In this document: piece by piece, positions 54,201-64,000 of the stretch
Layout: each line of letters starts with the position of its first letter
Numbering within the stretch: the stretch's first letter is position 1
Translations under genes and position numbers: made by a program
Assembly: GCA_964057225.1 (NCBI GenBank)
Contig: OZ059895.1
Location: forward strand, 17,360,001-17,424,000
DNA: 64,000 nucleotides
DNA from: Auanema rhodensis
Taxonomy: Eukaryota; Animalia; Nematoda
Direction: 5' to 3'
The notes under the pieces: model-generated
Told to the model about the DNA's origin: nothing
What the model saw: the letters and a program-made list of their open reading frames with translations, nothing else
Databases searched by the model: none

Positions 54201-57200
54201 GATTAATTCGTGCTTCTCGAAGCTTTTACTTCAGGTTACATCTTCTCTTATTCATTCAAATGAATTGTTTCAATTGAATATGTAAACGCATTGTTGAAAG
54301 TGACTAAGAGATTATAATCGAGAAATGAGAATAACTTTTCAAGCCTCATTGGCTCAGGGGCAGAGCGTCTGTCTAGTAAACAGAAGGTCGCTGGTTCGAT
54401 TCCAGCATGAGGCATCGTTTTAGACTTTCTCAAACTATTTTTAGGATTCATTCGTGCTTCTCGAAGCTTTTACTTCAGGTTACATCTTCTCTTATTCATT
54501 CAAATGAATTGTTTCAATTGAATATGTAAACGCATTGTTGAAAGTGACTAAGAGATTATAATCGAGAAATGAGAATAACTTTTTAAGCCTCATTGGCTCA
54601 GGGGCAGAGCGTCTGTCTAGTAAACAGAAGGTCGCTGGTTCGATTCCAGCATGAGGCATCTTTTTAGACTTTCTCAAACTATTTTTAGGATTCATTCGTG
54701 CTTCTCGAAGCTTTTACTTCAGGTTACATCTTCTCTTATTCATTCGAATGAAATATTTTACTTCAATACGGAGCAGTATTGTTAAAAGTGACAAAGTGAT
54801 TATTATCGACAAATGAAAACAACTTATCAAGCCTCATTGGCTCAGGGGCAGAGCGTCTGTCTAGTAAACAGAAGGTCGCTGGTTCGATTCCAGCATGAGG
54901 CATCGTTTTAGACTTTTTCAAACTATTTTGAGGATTAATTCGTGCTTCTCGAAGCTTTTACTTCAGGTTACATCTTCTCTTATTCATTCAAATGAAATGT
55001 TTCAATTGAATATGTAAACGCATTGTTGAAAGTGACTAAGAGATTATAATCGAGAAATGAGAATAACTTTTTAAGCCTCATTGGCTCAGGATCAGAGCGT
55101 CTGTCTAGTAAACAGAAGGTCGCTGGTTCGATTCCAGCATGAGGCATCGTTTTAGACTTTTTCAAAATATTTTGAAGATTAATTCGTGCTTCTTGAAGCT
55201 TTTACTTCAGGTTACATCTTCTCTTATTCATTCGAATGAAATATTTTACTTCAATACGGAGCAGTATTGTTAAAAGTGACAAAGTGATTATTATCGACAA
55301 ATGAAAACAACTTATCAAGCCTCATTGGCTCAGGGGCAGAGCGTCTGTCTAGTAAACAGAATGTCGCTGGTTCGATTCCAGCATGAGGCATCGTTTTAGA
55401 CTTTTTCAAACTATTTTGAGGATTAATTCGTGCTTCTTGAAGCTTTTACTTCAGGTTACATCTTCTCTTATTCATTCGAATGAAATATTTTACTTCAATA
55501 CGGAGCAGTATTGTTAAAAGTGACAAAGTGATTATTATCGAGAAATGAGAATAACTTTTTAAGCCTCATTGGCTCAGGGGCAGAGCGTCTGTCTAGTAAA
55601 CAGAAGGTCGCTGGTTCGATTCCAGCATGAGGCATCGTTTTAGACTTTTTCAAACTATTTTGAGGATTAATTCGTGCTTCTTGAAGCTTTTACTTCAGGT
55701 TACATCTTCTCTTATTCATTCGAATAAAATATTTTACTTCAATACGGAGCAGTATTGTTAAAAGTGACAAAGTGATTATTATCGACAAATGAAAACAACT
55801 TATCAAGCCTCATTGGCTCAGGGGCAGAGCGTCTGTCTAGTCGATTCCAGCATGAGGCATCGTTTTAGACTTTCTCAAACTATTTTGAGGATTAATTCGT
55901 GCTTCTCGAAGCTTTTACTTCAGGTTACATCTTCTCTTATTCATTCAAATGAATTGTTTCAATTGAATATGTAAACGCATTGTTGAAAGTGACTAAGAGA
56001 TTATAATCGAGAAATGAGAATAACTTTTCAAGCCTCATTGGCTCAGGGGCAGAGCGTCTGTCTAGTAAACAGAAGGTCGCTGGTTCGATTCCAGCATGAG
56101 GCATCGTTTTAGACTTTCTCAAACTATTTTTAGGATTCATTCGTGCTTCTCGAAGCTTTTACTTCAGGTTACATCTTCTCTTATTCATTCAAATGAATTG
56201 TTTCAATTGAATATGTAAACGCATTGTTGAAAGTGACTAAGAGATTATAATCGAGAAATGAGAATAACTTTTTAAGCCTCATTGGCTCAGGGGCAGAGCG
56301 TCTGTCTAGTAAACAGTAGGTCGCTGGTTTGATTCCAGCATGAGGCATCGTTTTAGACTTCTTCAAACTATTTTGAGGATTAATTCGTGCTTCTTGAAGC
56401 TTTTACTTCAGGTTACATCTTCTGTTATTCATTCGAATGAAATATTTTACTTCAATACGGAGCAGTATTGTTAAAAGTGACTAAGAGATTATAATAGAGA
56501 AATGAGAATAACTTATCAAGCCTCATTGGCTCAGGGGCAGAGCGTCTGTCTAGTAAACAGAAGGTCGCTGGTTCGATTCCAGCATGAGGCATCGTTTTAG
56601 ACTTTTTCAAACTATTTTGAGGATTAATTCGTGCTTCTCGAAGCTTTTACTTCAGGTTACATCTTCTGTTATTCATTCGAATGAAATATTTTACTTCAAT
56701 ACGGAGCAGTATTGTTAAAAGTGACAAAGTGATTATTATCGACAAATGAAAACAACTTATCAAGCCTCATTGGCTCAGGGGCAGAGCGTCTGTCTAGTAA
56801 ACAGAAGGTCGCTGGTTCGATTCCAGCATGAGGCATCGTTTTAGACTTTTTCAAACTATTTTGAGGATTAATTCGTGCTTCTCGAAGCTTTTACTTCAGG
56901 TTACATCTTCTCTTATTCATTCAAATGAATTGTTTCAATTGAATATGTAAACGCATTGTTGAAAGTGACTAAGAGATTATAATCGAGAAATGAGAATAAC
57001 TTTTTAAGCCTCATTGGCTCAGGGGCAGAGCGTCTGTCTAGTAAACAGAAGGTCGCTGGTTCGATTCCAGCATGAGGCATCGTTTTAGACTTTTTCAAAA
57101 TATTTTGAAAATTAATTCGTGCTTCTTGAAGCTTTTACTTCAGGTTACATCTTCTCTTATTCATTCGAATGAAATATTTTACTTCAATACGGAGCAGTAT

Positions 57201-60200
57201 TGTTAAAAGTGACAAAGTGATTATTATCGACAAATGAAAACAACTTATCAAGCCTCATTGGCTCAGGGGCAGAGCGTCTGTCTAGTCGATTCCAGTATGA
57301 GGCATTGTTTTAGACTTTCTCAAACTATTTTGAGGATTAAATCGTGCTTCTCGAAGCTTTTACTTCAGGTTACATCTTCTCTTATTCATTCAAATGAATT
57401 GTTTCAATTGAATATGTAAACGCATTGTTGAAAGTGACTAAGAGATTATAATCGAGAAATGAGAATAACTTTTTAAGCCTCATTGGCTCAGGGGCAGAGC
57501 GTCTGTCTAGTAAACAGAAGGTCGCTGGTTCGATTCCAGCATGAGGCATCTTTTTAGACTTTCTCAAACTATTTTTAGGATTCATTCGTGCTTCTCGAAG
57601 CTTTTACTTCAGGTTACATCTTCTCTTATTCATTCGAATGAAATATTTTACTTCAATACGGAGCAGTATTGTTAAAAGTGACAAAGTGATTATTATCGAC
57701 AAATGAAAACAACTTATCAAGCCTCATTGGCTCAGGGGCAGAGCGTCTGTCTAGTAAACAGAAGGTCGCTGGTTCCATTCCAGCATGAGGCATCGTTTTA
57801 GACTTTTTCAAACTATTTTGAGGATTAATTCGTGCTTCTCGAAGCTTTTACTTCAGGTTACATCTTCTCTTATTCATTCAAATGAAATGTTTCAATTGAA
57901 TATGTAAACGCATTGTTGAAAGTGACTAAGAGATTATAATCGAGAAATGAGAATAACTTTTTAAGCCTCATTGGCTCAGGATCAGAGCGTCTGTCTAGTA
58001 AACAGAAGGTCGCTGGTTCGATTCCAGCATGAGGCATCGTTTTAGACTTTTTCAAAATATTTTGAAGATTAATTCGTGCTTCTTGAAGCTTTTACTTCAG
58101 GTTACATCTTCTCTTATTCATTCGAATGAAATATTTTACTTCAATACGGAGCAGTATTGTTAAAAGTGACAAAGTGATTATTATCGACAAATGAAAACAA
58201 CTTATCAAGCCTCATTGGCTCAGGGGCAGAGCGTCTGTCTAGTAAACAGAATGTCGCTGGTTCGATTCCAGCATGAGGCATCGTTTTAGACTTTTTCAAA
58301 CTATTTTGAGGATTAATTCGTGCTTCTTGAAGCTTTTACTTCAGGTTACATCTTCTCTTATTCATTCGAATGAAATATTTTACTTCAATACGGAGCAGTA
58401 TTGTTAAAAGTGACAAAGTGATTATTATCGAGAAATGAGAATAACTTTTTAAGCCTCATTGGCTCAGGGGCAGAGCGTCTGTCTAGTAAACAGAAGGTCG
58501 CTGGTTCGATTCCAGCATGAGGCATCGTTTTAGACTTTTTCAAACTATTTTGAGGATTAATTCGTGCTTCTTGAAGCTTTTACTTCAGGTTACATCTTCT
58601 CTTATTCATTCGAATAAAATATTTTACTTCAATACGGAGCAGTATTGTTAAAAGTGACAAAGTGATTATTATCGACAAATGAAAACAACTTATCAAGCCT
58701 CATTGGCTCAGGGGCAGAGCGTCTGTCTAGTCGATTCCAGCATGAGGCATCGTTTTAGACTTTCTCAAACTATTTTGAGGATTAATTCGTGCTTCTCGAA
58801 GCTTTTACTTCAGGTTACATCTTCTCTTATTCATTCAAATGAATTGTTTCAATTGAATATGTAAACGCATTGTTGAAAGTGACTAAGAGATTATAATCGA
58901 GAAATGAGAATAACTTTTCAAGCCTCATTGGCTCAGGGGCAGAGCGTCTGTCTAGTAAACAGAAGGTCGCTGGTTCGATTCCAGCATGAGGCATCGTTTT
59001 AGACTTTCTCAAACTATTTTTAGGATTCATTCGTGCTTCTCGAAGCTTTTACTTCAGGTTACATCTTCTCTTATTCATTCAAATGAATTGTTTCAATTGA
59101 ATATGTAAACGCATTGTTGAAAGTGACTAAGAGATTATAATCGAGAAATGAGAATAACTTTTTAAGCCTCATTGGCTCAGGGGCAGAGCGTCTGTCTAGT
59201 AAACAGTAGGTCGCTGGTTTGATTCCAGCATGAGGCATCGTTTTAGACTTCTTCAAACTATTTTGAGGATTAATTCGTGCTTCTTGAAGCTTTTACTTCA
59301 GGTTACATCTTCTGTTATTCATTCGAATGAAATATTTTACTTCAATACGGAGCAGTATTGTTAAAAGTGACTAAGAGATTATAATAGAGAAATGAGAATA
59401 ACTTATCAAGCCTCATTGGCTCAGGGGCAGAGCGTCTGTCTAGTAAACAGAAGGTCGCTGGTTCGATTCCAGCATGAGGCATCGTTTTAGACTTTTTCAA
59501 ACTATTTTGAGGATTAATTCGTGCTTCTCGAAGCTTTTACTTCAGGTTACATCTTCTGTTATTCATTCGAATGAAATATTTTACTTCAATACGGAGCAGT
59601 ATTGTTAAAAGTGACAAAGTGATTATTATCGACAAATGAAAACAACTTATCAAGCCTCATTGGCTCAGGGGCAGAGCGTCTGTCTAGTAAACAGAAGGTC
59701 GCTGGTTCGATTCCAGCATGAGGCATCGTTTTAGACTTTTTCAAACTATTTTGAGGATTAATTCGTGCTTCTCGAAGCTTTTACTTCAGGTTACATCTTC
59801 TCTTATTCATTCAAATGAATTGTTTCAATTGAATATGTAAACGCATTGTTGAAAGTGACTAAGAGATTATAATCGAGAAATGAGAATAACTTTTTAAGCC
59901 TCATTGGCTCAGGGGCAGAGCGTCTGTCTAGTAAACAGAAGGTCGCTGGTTCGATTCCAGCATGAGGCATCGTTTTAGACTTTTTCAAAATATTTTGAAA
60001 ATTAATTCGTGCTTCTTGAAGCTTTTACTTCAGGTTACATCTTCTCTTATTCATTCGAATGAAATATTTTACTTCAATACGGAGCAGTATTGTTAAAAGT
60101 GACAAAGTGATTATTATCGACAAATGAAAACAACTTATCAAGCCTCATTGGCTCAGGGGCAGAGCGTCTGTCTAGTCGATTCCAGTATGAGGCATTGTTT

Positions 60201-63200
60201 TAGACTTTCTCAAACTATTTTGAGGATTAAATCGTGCTTCTCGAAGCTTTTACTTCAGGTTACATCTTCTCTTATTCATTCAAATGAATTGTTTCAATTG
60301 AATATGTAAACGCATTGTTGAAAGTGACTAAGAGATTATAATCGAGAAATGAGAATAACTTTTTAAGCCTCATTGGCTCAGGGGCAGAGCGTCTGTCTAG
60401 TAAACAGTAGGTCGCTGGTTTGATTCCAGCATGAGGCATCGTTTTAGACTTCTTCAAACTATTTTGAGGATTAATTCGTGCTTCTTGAAGCTTTTACTTC
60501 AGGTTACATCTTCTGTTATTCATTCGAATGAAATATTTTACTTCAATACGGAGCAGTATTGTTAAAAGTGACTAAGAGATTATAATAGAGAAATGAGAAT
60601 AACTTATCAAGCCTCATTGGCTCAGGGGCAGAGCGTCTGTCTAGTAAACAGAAGGTCGCTGGTTCGATTCCAGCATGAGGCATCGTTTTAGACTTTTTCA
60701 AACTATTTTGAGGATTAATTCGTGCTTCTCGAAGCTTTTACTTCAGGTTACATCTTCTGTTATTCATTCGAATGAAATATTTTACTTCAATACGGAGCAG
60801 TATTGTTAAAAGTGACAAAGTGATTATTATCGACAAATGAAAACAACTTATCAAGCCTCATTGGCTCAGGGGCAGAGCGTCTGTCTAGTAAACAGAAGGT
60901 CGCTGGTTCGATTCCAGCATGAGGCATCGTTTTAGACTTTTTCAAACTATTTTGAGGATTAATTCGTGCTTCTCGAAGCTTTTACTTCAGGTTACATCTT
61001 CTCTTATTCATTCAAATGAAATGTTTCAATTGAATATGTAAACGCATTGTTGAAAGTGACTAAGAGATTATAATCGAGAAATGAGAATAACTTTTTAAGC
61101 CTCATTGGCTCAGGATCAGAGCGTCTGTCTAGTAAACAGAATGTCGCTGGTTCGATTCCAGCATGAGGCATCGTTTTAGACTTTTTCAAACTATTTTGAG
61201 GATTAATTCGTGCTTCTTGAAGCTTTTACTTCAGGTTACATCTTCTCTTATTCATTCGAATGAAATATTTTACTTCAATACGGAGCAGTATTGTTAAAAG
61301 TGACAAAGTGATTATTATCGAGAAATGAGAATAACTTTTTAAGCCTCATTGGCTCAGGGGCAGAGCGTCTGTCTAGTAAACAGAAGGTCGCTGGTTCGAT
61401 TCCAGCATGAGGCATCGTTTTAGACTTTTTCAAACTATTTTGAGGATTAATTCGTGCTTCTTGAAGCTTTTACTTCAGGTTACATCTTCTCTTATTCATT
61501 CGAATGAAATATTTTACTTCAATACGGAGCAGTATTGTTAAAAGTGACAAAGTGATTATTATCGACAAATGAAAACAACTTATCAAGCCTCATTGGCTCA
61601 GGGGCAGAGCGTCTGTCTAGTCGATTCCAGCATGAGGCATCGTTTTAGACTTTCTCAAACTATTTTGAGGATTAATTCGTGCTTCTCGAAGCTTTTACTT
61701 CAGGTTACATCTTCTCTTATTCATTCAAATGAATTGTTTCAATTGAATATGTAAACGCATTGTTGAAAGTGACTAAGAGATTATAATCGAGAAATGAGAA
61801 TAACTTTTCAAGCCTCATTGGCTCAGGGGCAGAGCGTCTGTCTAGTAAACAGAAGGTCGCTGGTTCGATTCCAGCATGAGGCATCGTTTTAGACTTTCTC
61901 AAACTATTTTTAGGATTCATTCGTGCTTCTCGAAGCTTTTACTTCAGGTTACATCTTCTCTTATTCATTCAAATGAATTGTTTCAATTGAATATGTAAAC
62001 GCATTGTTGAAAGTGACTAAGAGATTATAATCGAGAAATGAGAATAACTTTTTAAGCCTCATTGGCTCAGGGGCAGAGCGTCTGTCTAGTAAACAGTAAG
62101 TCGCTGGTTTGATTCCAGCATGAGGCATCGTTTTAGACTTCTTCAAACTATTTTGAGGATTAATTCGTGCTTCTTGAAGCTTTTACTTCAGGTTACATCT
62201 TCTGTTATTCATTCGAATGAAATATTTTACTTCAATACGGAGCAGTATTGTTAAAAGTGACTAAGAGATTATAATAGAGAAATGAGAATAACTTATCAAG
62301 CCTCATTGGCTCAGGGGCAGAGCGTCTGTCTAGTAAACAGAAGGTCGCTGGTTCGATTCCAGCATGAGGCATCGTTTTAGACTTTTTCAAACTATTTTGA
62401 GGATTAATTCGTGCTTCTTGAAGCTTTTACTTCAGGTTACATCTTCTCTTATTCATTCGAATGAAATATTTTACTTCAATACGGAGCAGTATTGTTAAAA
62501 GTGACAAAGTGATTATTATCGACAAATGAAAACAACTTATCAAGCCTCATTGGCTCAGGGGCAGAGCGTCTATCTAGTCGATTCCAGCATGAGGCATCGT
62601 TTTAGACTTTCTCAAACTATTTTGAGGATTAATTCGTGCTTCTCGAAGCTTTTACTTCAGGTTACATCTTCTCTTATTCATTCAAATGAATTGTTTCAAT
62701 TGAATATGTAAACGCATTGTTGAAAGTGACTAAGAGATTATAATCGAGAAATGAGAATAACTTTTTAAGCCTCATTGGCTCAGGGGCAGAGCGTCTGTCT
62801 AGTAAACAGAAGGTCGCTGGTTCGATTCCAGCATGAGGCATCGTTTTAGACTTTTTCAAAATATTTTGAAGATTAATTCGTGCTTCTTGAAGCTTTTACT
62901 TCAAGTTACATCTTCTCTTATTCATTCGAATGAAATATTTTACTTCAATACGGAGCAGTATTGTTAAAAGTGACAAAGTGATTATTATCGACAAATGAAA
63001 ACAACTTATCAAGCCTCATTGGCTCAGGGGCAGAGCGTCTGTCTAGTAAACAGAAGGTCGCTGGTTCGATTCCAGCATGAGGCATCGTTTTAGACTTTTT
63101 CAAACTATTTTGAGGATTAATTCGTGCTTCTCGAAGCTTTTACTTCAGGTTACATCTTCTCTTATTCATTCAAATGAATTGTTTCAATTGAATATGTAAA

Positions 63201-64000
63201 CGCATTGTTGAAAGTGACTAAGAGATTATAATCGAGAAATGAGAATATCTTTTTAAGCCTCATTGGCTCAGGGGCAGAGCGTCTGTCTAGTAAACAGAAG
63301 GTCGCTGGTTCGATTCCAGCATGAGGCATCTTTTTAGACTTTCTCAAACTATTTTTAGGATTCATTCGTGCTTCTCGAAGCTTTTACTTCAGGTTACATC
63401 TTCTCTTATTCATTCGAATGAAATATTTTACTTCAATACGGAGCAGTATTGTTAAAAGTGACAAAGTGATTATTATCGACAAATGAAAACAACTTATCAA
63501 GCCTCATTGGCTCAGGGGCAGAGCGTCTGTCTAGTCGATTCCAGCATGAGGCATTGTTTTAGACTTTCTCAAACTATTTTGAGGATTAAATCGTGCTTCT
63601 CGAAGCTTTTACTTCAGGTTACATCTTCTCTTATTCATTCAAATGAATTGTTTCAATTGAATATGTAAACGCATTGTTGAAAGTGACTAAGAGATTATAA
63701 TCGAGAAATGAAAATAACTTTTTAAGCCTCATTGGCTCAGGGGCAGAGCGTCTGTCTAGTAAACAGAAGGTCGCTGGTTCGATTTCAGCATGAGGCATCT
63801 TTTTAGACTTTCTCAAACTATTTTTAGGATTCATTCGTGCTTCTCGAAGCTTTTACTTCAGGTTACATCTTCTCTTATTCATTCGAATGAAATATTTTAC
63901 TTCAATACGGAGCAGTATTGTTAAAAGTGACAAAGTGATTATTATCGACAAATGAAAACAACTTATCAAGCCTCATTGGCTCAGGGGCAGAGCGTCTGTC
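48269..64000 (+). repeat. Tandem tRNA-Thr(AGT) array, segment 5
   Basis: Same units, enriched in the second spacer haplotype; 1689-bp and 2890-bp higher-order repeats; runs off the right edge. Confidence 0.97.

Noticed and set aside
121-63834. Dozens of 61-77 aa ORFs (MKTTYQ…, MKKSKT…, MNPKNS…, MLKVTK…)
   Set aside because: They are translations across tRNA units that open or close with the deletions and spacer haplotype; there is no coding signature.

Overview
Eukaryotic, AT-rich DNA, probably from a nematode (inferred from the tRNA sequence and a 45-nt intron). The background is a tandem array of about 160 units of 244 bp, each with one tRNA-Thr(AGT) gene on the + strand. About a quarter of the units carry 19-nt or 17-nt deletions that remove the B box, and the units form higher-order repeats. 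Four LTR-retroelement insertions interrupt the array, all with 4-bp target-site duplications (TSDs): a solo LTR (6528-6908), intact element E1 (9517-20980, -), intact related element E2 (23547-35620, +) and an internally deleted E1-family copy E3 (46956-48268, +). E1 and E2 are Ty3/gypsy (Metaviridae)-type elements with an unusual design. One uninterrupted ~2,900-aa ORF runs Gag - internal signal peptide - herpesvirus gB-like (class III) envelope - TM anchor - PR-RT-RH-IN, so env sits in frame between gag and pol. They also have LTR termini 5'-CG...CG-3' instead of TG...CA, a tRNA-Gln primer site, an apparently non-AUG (AUC) start, and a large extra domain inside Env bracketed by two furin-like sites. 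E2 additionally carries a candidate spliced antisense gene in its leader. The many 61-77 aa ORFs in the array are artefacts of the repeat.
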